From positions 1 through 54,099 of the IMG/VR virus record IMGVR_UViG_3300006737_000043: DNA of 54,099 nt. One strand, written 5' to 3'. This stretch comes from a virus. Its lineage: Duplodnaviria > Caudoviricetes. The translations under genes and the position numbers were made by a program. Shown one piece after another: positions 11,301 through 20,900 of the stretch (its first letter is position 1; every line of letters starts with the position of its first letter). Below the pieces are notes generated by a model that saw nothing but the letters and a program-made list of their open reading frames with translations, had not been told where the DNA came from and did no database searches.

Positions 11301-14300
11301 TGGTACCACATTCTATGCAGGCGGTAGAAACATTGCTACTATGACATCTAATAAATACTTTAGTAATTTACTAGATGAGTTATTTACATTACAAGAAGAT
11401 CCTGAGAACCCAGAGTATGTAAATAAGATAGTAAATAAGGCCCATGCTTTATTTAATACTGTATTTGAGAGTCCTTCTCAACTACTAACAGCTATACAGC
11501 AAGAAGAGATATCACGAGAGGATTTAGAAATCCAATACCTAAACTTTAACCCTCTAAAGAAAGGTAGTGATAGATCTAATGACTTTAAAACTTTAAACGA
11601 AGCAGAGCATGCTGCCGTAAAGAACGGTCTTATGACTCACTCTACTAATATTAGTTCTAGAAACTTTACTACAAACTCAGGACATGTATTTAAACAGAGA
11701 CAGGCTACAATAGTACCGCTAACATTCTCTGATAAGGATACAGTAATGGCAGTTAAGACACTGGTGCCTATCATGAAGTTTGATGGTGTAGGTAACATAA
11801 CAAAGGAAACAGTATCTCTATTTGTTGACCATGTAGTAATGTCAGAGATAAATAGAATGCGAGCATTCGCCGCTGCTAATATTACAAAGGACTCTGCAGA
11901 TGAAGATGTTACACAGACTGATTTAAACAATCAAGCTTTTGAAGAGGGTGCGGATCTATTCTACATGTTCCCTCAGCTAAATAATGTTAGTGTAGAGTTT
12001 GAAGGAGAAACGTTACCTCTTAGAGAAGCAGCAGCTGTAGCAACTGATGAGCAGCTAGTTGAGCTTATGCCTAGAATTAATGACTCGGTAAGATCTATTC
12101 TTGATGCTATGATCGATGATAAGGTAGAAGCATTTGATTCTGGAGTAGAATTATACAGTGATATTCCTACAGCATATAAGAGTATGATTAGCTCTGAGAG
12201 TAAGATAGCTAATCCAACAGAAGAACAGCTAAAGAGGATGGTAGCCGCAGATATTACCCTTAACCAGGCGCTTGGAACAGCTAATATGATCCAAACTATG
12301 GTAGGAGATCCTGCTCAATATTACAAGGCTCCTAAGCTTGATCAGCTTGTTGATGAAAAAGCATACATAAATGCCGCAGTTCGTACTACCTACGAAAACT
12401 TAGATAAGAGACTTGCTGCATTGATTGCACCAGGTGTAGAACCTTCTAGACAATCAGACAATGAAGAGTACATTCAGCTTATGGTTCCTGATATTGAAAT
12501 GGACTATGACGCAGAATTCTTCGAAGGGTTGCCCGATGATGCTATAAATAACTTTAAAAACATCGAATCTACCGATGCCCAGGAGTTTATTACATGGAGA
12601 GAGTATCTAGATAATGCCATATCATTTGGTGAGATTACTCAGCAGACTGCAGATCAAGTAGCTACTTTAATTAATAAGTATAATAGAGGGTATGTGCTGA
12701 AGCCACAGGATAAAGAATTACTAAGCAAGGTAATGTTCAAGGCACAAAAGCCTGTCGGAGTTGCTGACCATTATACTACTCTAAATGCTACGGGACAGAC
12801 TGTAAGACAAAGAGCTTATATTAAAACATCTGCTGTACCATTACTACCTATGTTTACTAAAGGTACACAGCTAGATAACTTAAGAGTGGCAATGGAGACA
12901 TTCCAAGAAAACATGGGTACCAATGTAAGACTTACATTTAAGTCAGGGGCTAAAGTTGGATATCCTGCTGCTTCTAAGAATGCATCTCTAGTAAACGCAG
13001 ACGGTACAATCAAGACTGTAGAGGAACTTACAGCTGCATTCAAAGGCACTGAAGAAACAGGACGTCCTTACATCCGTGTTAAAAGAAAGTACTGGAGAAT
13101 ACAACAGTCTATACCTACTAAGACTAATGATAAATCAACAAGAGGTACACAGCCAGACGCTCTCATCGGAGGTGCTGCTAGCCAGGTAGATGCCCTTAAA
13201 CCATTAGTACAAAGTTTTAGTGATAACTCTAATAAACTATTTGAGCTTAGAGCTAATGAAATTAGAGAAGAGCTAATGGAGGATCACCCTGATCCAAATA
13301 ATAGTACTAAAGTTGTTAATAGAGAGAGATTAGGAGAGCTCCTACGTCAGGTAGCTTTTGATAGAGGCTTTGACTTCAATGTAGTTGAGGGTCTTACTAT
13401 CGGCGAAGACGGACAGTTTGAGATACCCGCAGAGCTATCACCTGCATCAGAGCAGTTCCAATCTATGCTGATGGCTATTGCTCGTAAAGGTGTAGCTAGA
13501 AAGAAAGTTACAGGCGGGTCTCAGGTCTTGATGTCTGAGTCTATGTTTAGATTCCAAGATGATATTAAGGAGGGTCGTTCTGAAGTTTTATATACAGATA
13601 AGTGGGAAGGCAGTCTGAAGCCAATGAGAATAGAAAATGGAGCTGTACAGCCTGCTCAGATCTTAGTACCTAATAAGTTTAGAACACCTAGTGGTAAGGT
13701 AATTAACTTTAGAAAGTATGTAAACTCTGAAGGTAGAATTGACTTATCTAAACTACCAGAGGGAGCTCTTGAAGGTATGGGATTCCGTATTCCTACTCAA
13801 GGCTATAACTCTATGGCAGTTGTAGAAGTTGTTGGATTCTTACCTGAGTATATGGGAGACATCGTAGTTGCTCCTAGATCATTCGTAGCACAGATGGGCT
13901 CTGACTTTGACGTTGATAAGCTGTATGACTACTTCTTTAAGATGGAAGAAACAGATGGAACGTTATCTAAAGTTACTGGAGAAGATGAACTAGGATTACA
14001 AAATGCAATACTTGAGGATAGAATTAGTATTCTAAAGAACACAGATGTATTCAATATGATCAAGAAGCCTCTTGACTTTGGATTACATACAGGTGTAAGT
14101 AATTACACTAATGAAGCTGACCCAGAGATGGCAGCTGAGATTAATGCCGCAGGTGGAATGGCTAATGCTATTGCAGCTAAGAAGGAGAAAAGAAGTAAGA
14201 CAAAAGGTGGCTTAATATCTGAGTACTACCAGAGAAAGAAATACCTAGAGGCAAGATCCGCAGCAGATGCGGTAGGTGTCAAGGCCACACTTAATGCTTT

Positions 14301-17300
14301 TGTAGGGGTAATATCATCTACAGATAAATCAATTGGATTACAAGAAGGATTTACATTTGGTAAGGAAGCACAAGTTGGAGCAATTGAAGGAGCTACTACA
14401 CTACGTGGTACTCGTCTAAAACAAGAAGTAGTATCTGGTACTCTATCAGCAGCGGTAGATAACCAGAAAGAACAGGTCATCAATAAGTATAATCTTAATA
14501 ACGAAACATTCGGTGTCCATAGTGCTCTAGAGCTCATGGGCTTTGAAGAAGACTTCACACAGTCATTCTTAGAGCAGCCTATTATTGTAGCAGTAGTAAA
14601 TCATGTACAAGAGAATGCATATGCTTCAATGGGTAGAATACTTAATGTTGCAATAGACGGCTTAATAACTGAGCACCTCAAAGACTCTGGGAGAAAGATT
14701 ACTGAGTTAACCAAGGAGGAGTATTTAACTGTAATGCAGGAAGTAGACCGTGTATTCGAAGCTGAGTTTGGAGATCTTACTATGGACGAGGTAGTAGCTA
14801 AACTATACAATAATATAGGTAAGGGGGTAAATAATACCTCTCCTCTACTAAATGCAGCTTTGCTTATGAAGTTTAAACAGGCTAGACAAATAATGTCTGA
14901 GATTAGACCTGTTATGCAGATCATGAGTGGAGATGCTAAAGGTGTTGGTTCTACACTTGCGGCCTTTATTGAAGAAACAGCAGCATCTGAGCAAGTAGTA
15001 GCAGGGCAACAACGAGCAGTACACAAAAGCTCACTACTAGGGCTACTGGGAACATATAGATTAGTAAGCTATCGTGATATTACTGGAGTAAATAAACTAC
15101 AAGAACAAGGATTTATTAGAGGACCTCTTACAAGTGAGGGCTATCTAATGGTTAAGCCTGATAGTGCAAAAGTTGCAGCATCTCTTCATACCTTCTCCCT
15201 TACTAATGACTTAGTTCTATCTGAGTTTAGTGGTCTATTCCAACTAACAAATAAAGTAGCAAGATCATCTTCAATGAGATCTATAGGTGTTGAGAATAAA
15301 AAATCTATTGGTCAGGGGATTAGAAGTTATCTTAACAGTAATCCAGAACTCTTTACTGAGAACGAAGTAACAACAACTTTAGATCAGCTACTATATCCAA
15401 GTGATACATCTGCTAGTTTAGCACAGATAGTAGATATTGCAAAGAATGATCCAAGACTTGCTAATAATAAATTCATACAGAACTTAGAAACAAGAACTGA
15501 TGCCGGACGTCCTCATACGTTAGCATTTAGAAACTCTGCAAGTGATGATATGGTTACTGACGGAGAGGCTGTTGCATTCTTAGACTTACTATTATCAAGC
15601 AGCACAAGGCCTATTAGAAACTCTAACCTAACTCCAAAGGAACTAGGTAGAAAGCTAATTGATTATGCATTCCTTACTGGAGGTACGAAGTCAGCGGTTG
15701 ATTTTGTAAGGTTTGTACCAACTAGTTATCTGATAGATATAGGGTTCTTCCAAAAATTAAAACAAGGATATAATTCTACAAAGACTGAAGAGTCTCACGG
15801 ACTATTAATACAAGAACAGCTCTTACAACATAACCCAGATATGGTTATGCATAGAGTTCGTCTAAGAGCACAGGGAGATGCAAAAGAAATTGTTGTTTTA
15901 AATAGAAAACAATCAGATGCTTCTAATGTTGTATTTGATCCTTCTAAAGAATTAATGGAAAAGGCAGGAATTCAGGTAGGAGATAAGAGTGTATTTGTAG
16001 TTGACCCTTCATATGAGTACATAGCAATTAAGCCGGCAGGAAAACCAAGAAGAGTATTAAAGTTTGATAGGTTCAGTGGTAAGTATGTAATGCTGGATAA
16101 CTTAGGCACAGGAACAATTAGTGAGTATAAATTTGGATCTGTTGGAACATCTAACATTGCTGAAAATACAGCAGCTCACTATCTAAGAACTACGGAAACT
16201 GGAGCTCCTGCTGTACAAGAAGGCGACCCTGGCTTTGCATTAGATGAACTAGATCCAGCAAGGCCTCTCCCAGAAGTAACAGGGCCTACTCTGCAAAGAG
16301 AAGCTACTGCTCCATCTAAAGTAGAAGACTTAAGACGAGCATTTAACAGACCTGAAGCGGCAGACCCTAATGCAGCTCCGTCTGATGATCTTAACGTAGC
16401 AGGATCTCCAGTAGATATGGAAGGAGAAAATGCTGTAGAAAATATACCAGAACCTACAGTAGAAGATCTATCAGAGTTATTTAATGCTGGATCTCCTACA
16501 GTCAAGCCTATTACTGCCACAGAGAGTGAGCAGGAACAGCTACCGTCTTTGGCTAATGTAAATACAAAGCTAAAGGAGAGTGCTATCTATTCTCCAACAG
16601 ATGCTGAAGTTATACAGATGTTACAAGAGATATCTCAAAGTTCTGATATGGCACATAAGTACTTAGCTATGGAGATACTAGACTCAGGCATCTTAAATAA
16701 AAAGAAATTTAAGATAGTATTTAAGCCTGGTAATGTTACTGATTCAACATTTACAAAGAGTAAGAATCAGGTAGTTATCAATGTAGATCCATCAACTAGC
16801 AACTGGAACTTTGAGCAAACATTCCTCCACGAGGTAGGCCATGCTTTAACAAGTCTTGAAATTAAAGCTTATCAAACTAATAAGAATAATTTAAGGAATA
16901 AAGCACTAGTAAAATCTTTGGATAAGCTAGACACTCTTCGTGAGTTATTCTTTAGAAAACTAGAATCTAAGAACCCTGATCTGATAGCAAACTTTTTATT
17001 ACTGACGTCCTCATACGAAAGCACTGACCCTGCTGCAGATAAGGAATTGAGAGATAAAATAGCTGTAATGCAAGCTGAAGGAGATCTAGAAGGCATACAA
17101 AAGCTTCTCTATGGAGCTTACGGAGCTACCAATCTAGATGAGTTTGTTACTATGGTTATGAGTAATCAGAACTTTAGAGACTTACTAGATAATACGGTTG
17201 ACTTTAATCTAACAGACGGTACTATTGATAAGAGCTTCCTGACTCAGATCATGGAGGTACTTAAGGATATGTTCCGCCAGGTCTTTGGACTTGAGCAAAG

Positions 17301-17997
17301 AAAGATATCTGACTATGCTCTAGAACAAGCAATGTTTGTAGCTAAGGAGAAGGCATATAGCCCAGCGCCGGTAGAGAAGTCGATGATAGTGAAAGTAAAT
17401 AATGTTCAATATGAGATAGACTCCTCTTCTAATGTTTATAAGATTGAGCCTACTAGAGTAACTACGGTTACAGACAAACAGCTACTACAGAAAATTGAGC
17501 TGAGGGCAGCACTACAGAAAGAAAACCTGAGCAAGGTCCGAGAAGGCGACAAGACATTCTATGTGTACGAAGGCTTTAACCGAATCAAGGTAGCATCAAT
17601 AAGTCCAAAAGGTATTGTAACTGCCATCACTGGTAAGGAGGCTGACGCAGTAATCGCTAAAGCATTCAAGAACTCTGACAGTATCATTACAGGAGAAAAA
17701 ACTACTTCTCCTACTCAAGAAATACAATATGACAACAACACTTATGTTGTGGATATTGATAGTCGTACAATTACAAATAAAAAGACTGGTAAAGTAATTG
17801 TTGCTACATCTCCAATTGGAACAGCAGTAATGAATCAGGTAGATTTTGATACATTAGAAGAAAGCGATACCAATCGTTTACTACCTTTGCAAGGAACTGT
17901 AAGTGAGTTCTTACGAGAGCTACAACCTGCAGAAAGAAAACTATTTAACAAGCTAGCTAGCGAGGGACAGCTAAAAACAATTTGTAAGACAGTATGA
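5365..17997 (+). CDS. Virion RNA polymerase polyprotein (crAss-like two-barrel RNAP plus C-terminal zincin metalloprotease), 4210 aa
   Basis: RIPTQG and GSDFDVDK (DFDVD at nt 13903, aa 2847) are characteristic of crAss-like vRNAP. HEVGH (nt 16828, aa 3822) with downstream NLDEF is zincin-like. The N-terminus is Gly/Ala-rich and amphipathic. Confidence 0.92.
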   Translation: MPQHPTSSLPTINQGDPSDLTRPPRGQQVKLFESKITPPSLEGPQLPAGMVQLDRAPGQVFNRNPFNSIINAPKITGTTGWLFDITRARADNRYTADPNNAIGNVAIGGVNVADPRKRGQKNQQQFFNDNMKIWETGADRARNALFGGALQGINRIGEDLGGILGGSFWGEDFERTAMERYFANARGTYDQAVKIYDEDAKFYQGLQAVTASIVEFAPVGGAVNKFFKYGGKAVKYVGAGIKTGQWTKRGTQAIQAAKVAGQSTRVSSQIAANTTKLGNFFRKYQNPLSQLGTAVPAGIVQNRIEGTAMALQTYEEVLDKLQPAIANGDLTYEQAAKIAAQEAQGVRVKNQAMMVQDIFQHATLFRARGLTRTGYQRPGFTWNPKQYLKNAFQSRKSLWNYGTNNFIVQGIGEALEEGFQSGMQQDAVRNAQFAARDIIRRDGGDVTTIPVDNIGLATKKNVVDRYLGYMSTDDAKFEMAVGFFAGAGQRMVQSYSEKMFDNRAYRKLTNQIETLKRDLPAGTDQEKAYKQQKIAELEYKRAVTTEKGRAEAATELINTLKSDTANSIKFAMETDDLIEAAREKGWGHIVEGMEKNAFYNLFMKHAANGTVDQLERQLQAIADGTSTSAAFPEDGSHQEKATEFLNELNELEADYLALQGMEGAHRIMGLQFAAKTNQRVVDGALKARTKAKQDIIDDLRALSGSQATTIEVNEETGEVKVTDSLGRNVPISRKLQKAIESSDAYKAIFDEGGFNDQIDAIKDRVIEDRAKLSDMITPAGQSKLRKERIEFEKKIEQARRKAKQKGRRQRRNGKTRGQRDASNIDNQRRKAENSQSEASVTGDTVENGATLENDPDNLQREATPEATIEELKEAAQGTESAPETDVKSDAEIQEEADKDFDPALDKPEYGYTRGTTSNVNKVASLLREWNASVSNGIVTIDNAEFNFIDGYMALADPSRIQEGDVLEFQIVENADEYEVTDVSDLDETNQGKKKTVKEARANKKSLAEHESDVSQTEVSEDQIENDLQPIKIIHVSADGTRTEIGFVHSPLYQREARTTRSAAEIAQDKQKLREFRDRLLAGEVTQTRISSIQPVVLNYVDSSQRQTTRNTFSGVLEGPSGQYHIAVASGDGQLFVKGGASIKSVNGIGRNSVIVNQDKIKAGLAYAVVPLKKDKNGNTHYYAAPLLTRNVSENNVEVMMTAIDAWIAGEQVPGLKSNMTEREVRNLKTVLKRFIRVRNTDSLPHKPGQTYVYTKVEGGREFLVFGKVLSEPSEGNSGVYEVTVEKGAPLATENQEFIRQVLKDQKLNIDFDSVESNEHFFSVITEGKVETNKKALIDHVMDSTLSTIAPIRTNEGALPNGKVIFHYNPDVRYGEGIPGLSEEDAPPLRADGTGDPELKGRRATEDTDDDALRALAEAAGITVEQAQANREDADLLAEDEDADFDDTFDEDDTLGLLPEAATNRSEETRQQFRVPDITPVQQEQITDFIASDIIKNIKVILATTKVDKSDEQAFSEAVDDSYAQVVRNLEALVARTSKRLAATRKLKAGDTAAITRLETRLKKANETLEAVRKSEDKIINLSLTKLEQRSGVTKKAKRTQQASPAEQQTRSAVDKLFSSIFGKDKTSKIEDAESESDENSGESAPGINKSYHSDNFYFTLDPIDTASSRLRDSLSTLVELNENGNISKTFFGSTKYADPNQVFKILSTALEGTNPIFSEQMEALMRKYLADRGFRNKASWLPALVVTATELESLEASPIGQKFLETIFPDMDSRAEQIKSLRDQKISPQIINEFSSVMSKHALIAPIISIQTGSNGQVYVNAFSQNRNSLVNIVGEEFDLGMRDKLYLYDSTTGDYVINEEAFDEAIAYLTSLANAGGNVNMAEFGVMMETKLGIKLSEDTIESLFEDGIYLQTSAMARRVKMTDNGMWGNFSPFTIMREHLEAIKNKGIAYSTKGPTNFGAIKRLVNLEANRSEAKRHGTTFYAGGRNIATMTSNKYFSNLLDELFTLQEDPENPEYVNKIVNKAHALFNTVFESPSQLLTAIQQEEISREDLEIQYLNFNPLKKGSDRSNDFKTLNEAEHAAVKNGLMTHSTNISSRNFTTNSGHVFKQRQATIVPLTFSDKDTVMAVKTLVPIMKFDGVGNITKETVSLFVDHVVMSEINRMRAFAAANITKDSADEDVTQTDLNNQAFEEGADLFYMFPQLNNVSVEFEGETLPLREAAAVATDEQLVELMPRINDSVRSILDAMIDDKVEAFDSGVELYSDIPTAYKSMISSESKIANPTEEQLKRMVAADITLNQALGTANMIQTMVGDPAQYYKAPKLDQLVDEKAYINAAVRTTYENLDKRLAALIAPGVEPSRQSDNEEYIQLMVPDIEMDYDAEFFEGLPDDAINNFKNIESTDAQEFITWREYLDNAISFGEITQQTADQVATLINKYNRGYVLKPQDKELLSKVMFKAQKPVGVADHYTTLNATGQTVRQRAYIKTSAVPLLPMFTKGTQLDNLRVAMETFQENMGTNVRLTFKSGAKVGYPAASKNASLVNADGTIKTVEELTAAFKGTEETGRPYIRVKRKYWRIQQSIPTKTNDKSTRGTQPDALIGGAASQVDALKPLVQSFSDNSNKLFELRANEIREELMEDHPDPNNSTKVVNRERLGELLRQVAFDRGFDFNVVEGLTIGEDGQFEIPAELSPASEQFQSMLMAIARKGVARKKVTGGSQVLMSESMFRFQDDIKEGRSEVLYTDKWEGSLKPMRIENGAVQPAQILVPNKFRTPSGKVINFRKYVNSEGRIDLSKLPEGALEGMGFRIPTQGYNSMAVVEVVGFLPEYMGDIVVAPRSFVAQMGSDFDVDKLYDYFFKMEETDGTLSKVTGEDELGLQNAILEDRISILKNTDVFNMIKKPLDFGLHTGVSNYTNEADPEMAAEINAAGGMANAIAAKKEKRSKTKGGLISEYYQRKKYLEARSAADAVGVKATLNAFVGVISSTDKSIGLQEGFTFGKEAQVGAIEGATTLRGTRLKQEVVSGTLSAAVDNQKEQVINKYNLNNETFGVHSALELMGFEEDFTQSFLEQPIIVAVVNHVQENAYASMGRILNVAIDGLITEHLKDSGRKITELTKEEYLTVMQEVDRVFEAEFGDLTMDEVVAKLYNNIGKGVNNTSPLLNAALLMKFKQARQIMSEIRPVMQIMSGDAKGVGSTLAAFIEETAASEQVVAGQQRAVHKSSLLGLLGTYRLVSYRDITGVNKLQEQGFIRGPLTSEGYLMVKPDSAKVAASLHTFSLTNDLVLSEFSGLFQLTNKVARSSSMRSIGVENKKSIGQGIRSYLNSNPELFTENEVTTTLDQLLYPSDTSASLAQIVDIAKNDPRLANNKFIQNLETRTDAGRPHTLAFRNSASDDMVTDGEAVAFLDLLLSSSTRPIRNSNLTPKELGRKLIDYAFLTGGTKSAVDFVRFVPTSYLIDIGFFQKLKQGYNSTKTEESHGLLIQEQLLQHNPDMVMHRVRLRAQGDAKEIVVLNRKQSDASNVVFDPSKELMEKAGIQVGDKSVFVVDPSYEYIAIKPAGKPRRVLKFDRFSGKYVMLDNLGTGTISEYKFGSVGTSNIAENTAAHYLRTTETGAPAVQEGDPGFALDELDPARPLPEVTGPTLQREATAPSKVEDLRRAFNRPEAADPNAAPSDDLNVAGSPVDMEGENAVENIPEPTVEDLSELFNAGSPTVKPITATESEQEQLPSLANVNTKLKESAIYSPTDAEVIQMLQEISQSSDMAHKYLAMEILDSGILNKKKFKIVFKPGNVTDSTFTKSKNQVVINVDPSTSNWNFEQTFLHEVGHALTSLEIKAYQTNKNNLRNKALVKSLDKLDTLRELFFRKLESKNPDLIANFLLLTSSYESTDPAADKELRDKIAVMQAEGDLEGIQKLLYGAYGATNLDEFVTMVMSNQNFRDLLDNTVDFNLTDGTIDKSFLTQIMEVLKDMFRQVFGLEQRKISDYALEQAMFVAKEKAYSPAPVEKSMIVKVNNVQYEIDSSSNVYKIEPTRVTTVTDKQLLQKIELRAALQKENLSKVREGDKTFYVYEGFNRIKVASISPKGIVTAITGKEADAVIAKAFKNSDSIITGEKTTSPTQEIQYDNNTYVVDIDSRTITNKKTGKVIVATSPIGTAVMNQVDFDTLEESDTNRLLPLQGTVSEFLRELQPAERKLFNKLASEGQLKTICKTV

Positions 17998-20900
17998 AGA
18001 GTTGCGGAATAACTAATATAGCAGATCCTATTTTATCTGACCTTATCGCTAAGTACGGAGCTCGAGAGGGCTTCCAAACTTATTTTAAAGTCAAGGAGCT
18101 AAACCTACCAGAGACTACTATTAGGAATAAGTACTTACCTAACAGTGTAGAGAGAACTACAAATGTAACTCGTAAGATTGACAGAGCAGACAAGCAGCCA
18201 TCTTTGAATGGTACTACAATGTCAATTGAGAACCAGCTGGGTCTTCTACAGATGAAGACAGAAGACGGCAAAGTATCTGCTTACTATAAAACATTTAATA
18301 GTAAAACAGCCGCAGCTAAAAAGACAACAGAGTTACGTAAAGAACTAGGACGTCGGGGTCTAATTAAAAACTACGAAGTAGTACAGCAACAGACACCTGA
18401 TGGATTTGTTGTTAGACTAAGGCCTGCTATTACATCTACAGCAACTGATGACGTAAGTAGGCTGATCCCAGAAGCAAGCGCTCCTCTAGTAAAAGCTCAG
18501 CAAGAAAAATTAAGAGTACTAAATGCTAGACAGAGAGAGCTAAAAAATTTATTACCGCAACTATCTGTAACAGAACAAGCATACGCAGACACTGCTAAAC
18601 AACTATCTGATACCGAGCAACTTATAAAAAAAACGGAACAGGATGTTCGTAGGTTAAAAGAACTTGATACGGCGGATAAACTATTTGAAAGAGCCGCACA
18701 GGATGAAGCATGGCTTGCAGACTTTTTTAGAAAGGGTACATATACTTTTGATGAGCTGCAAGAGGCGATCATTAAGTTTGATAGCTGGGCAGTAAGTGCT
18801 GTATCACCGGGTAAACCACATCCATATCTAGACAATCTAGAACAGCAGAATCAATTCTTAGTAGATAAGATGAACAACATCTCTACAAGAATAGCTAGTA
18901 GATTTGGAAGCATAATGGAGACCCGAATCAGGGAAGCAGTTATTGCATCTACTAGAAAGCACTCTAATACGTCGGAACTCACAGATGCTGAGATTCTAGA
19001 AACATTGCTAGAACAAGATAAAGGGGCCCTAGCTACAGCAAGAGCATATACTCTAAACTTGGGTAAGCAGCAGCCGATCATTATGCAAGCATTGTTTAAC
19101 AATGTAAACAAGGCAAATAACGATGCACACAATGCAGCGTTCAACCGTATCAATAAACTAAAAGAAGCAGCTCAAGGTCTTAGACAAAGAGACATGGGTG
19201 CATTCTATCAAAGAGATAGTCAAGGACGTCTGACAGGTGAGTTACTACAACCTGCAACAGCAGAGTTTATAGATGAACTACGTGAGATTCAGGGTAAGCT
19301 ACAATATGCATTACTAGAACTAGAAGTTGCAGAGCCTGGATCACAGGATGCCAAGAGAGCTCAAGCTATTAAAAATAAAGCGCTAAAAGAAAGATTCGCA
19401 TTCTTCAAGCAGAAGGTAGCGCCGATCAATCTATCTCCATTCGTAGCTGATATTTCTAGTTTCAATGCAGAACAAATAGGACTACCTACTGAGATATTCT
19501 CAGATGAAGATGCAGATCCAGGTGAAATAAGAGCTGAGTTAGAAAAAAGATTTGGTAAAGCAGAGACTAACCGTATGCTACGTAGACAGAAAGCTATGGC
19601 CAATACATTCATCCATGAGAGAGATGCATTAATAGCAGATCTACTTGGATCAAAAGATAAACTCAGTGACCAAGATATAGCACTAGTCAAAGCATGGTCT
19701 GCAGAGAATTCACCATTCTTAGCATACAGAGCTCATACAACTAATCAAAGTGTAGGGCCGTCAATACCTTCATTTAAATACACATTGTCTGTACCAAATG
19801 AGGCATCTTCAGATGAGAACTACAGAGACATGGTAGAGACCTATCCCGCACAAACTGAGTTCTATGATATTATGGTAGACTTGATTGAAGAAGGTAGAGC
19901 TGAAGTTGGAGACATATCAGGATTTATAACGGGTCTAAGCTTACCTGTAATGCAAGCTGGATTCTTTAAAGAGATGGCTAGAGATGGTGTAGGCATGTTA
20001 CTGCCTAAACTAGTTGATACGATGAGGTTTGCTACAAGTATAGCTAATGAAGAAGCATATCAACAGCCTAATCTACATGAAGATGTTGACGGCATAGTTA
20101 ACAGAAAAGAAGTTAACGTTAATGCTGTTACTAGTCACCGTGTAAGTAAAATGGTAAACGAAGAATTAGCTAGACTAAAATCAGAGTTTATTGCCGAGAA
20201 CGGGGAAGAAAAACTAACACGAGAAGTCATTGCGGATCTTAAGAAGACTGCAACAGACAATGTATATACTAAGTCATCTACTAATCTGGTAGGACTAATG
20301 AGTATGTTCGCACTTAATGTGCAGACCATCAAAGCTAAAAGATCGATAGAGCCACAAGTACAGCTTATCAAAAACTTTATAGTAAAAGGAGAAACCAAAG
20401 CAGGGGCACTAAATCAAAGTGCATCAGTAAAAGCAATGGACTACTTCCTTGACAAAGAGTTCTTTGGTATCGACCCAGGAGACAATGTAGGTAAAGGAGG
20501 AGTAAAGGTTAAATCTAGAGAAGAGAAAGAACAGGCCAAAGCTATACAAGAACGTCAGTTAGATGTAGATGAGAAGATCGCAGATCTAGAAGCTAGAGAA
20601 GCTGCGGGAGAAATTCTAAGTCAGCCTGAACTAGATGAGCTAAATAATCTACGTGAAGAAGTAAAAGACTTAGATAAGCAGCTTGATAAGATGGGTAGAT
20701 TCTTTAGAATATCTAAGATCGGAGATGCTATGTTAGGATTGACCCAGTTAATCGGTATTGGATTCTCTCCTGTATCTGCAACAGGTAACGTTGGAATAGG
20801 ATACTTTGCTAATCAGATAGCAGCTGCAGACGGTAGAGACTTTTCTGCAGGTAGCATGGGAAGAGCATACGGCTACATTCTAGGAGGTAACACTGTAAGG

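Noticed and set aside
17983-18005. Split intein at the Cys-Cys junction
   Set aside because: No intein block motifs or His-Asn-[C/S/T] junction, and the flanking segments are too short.
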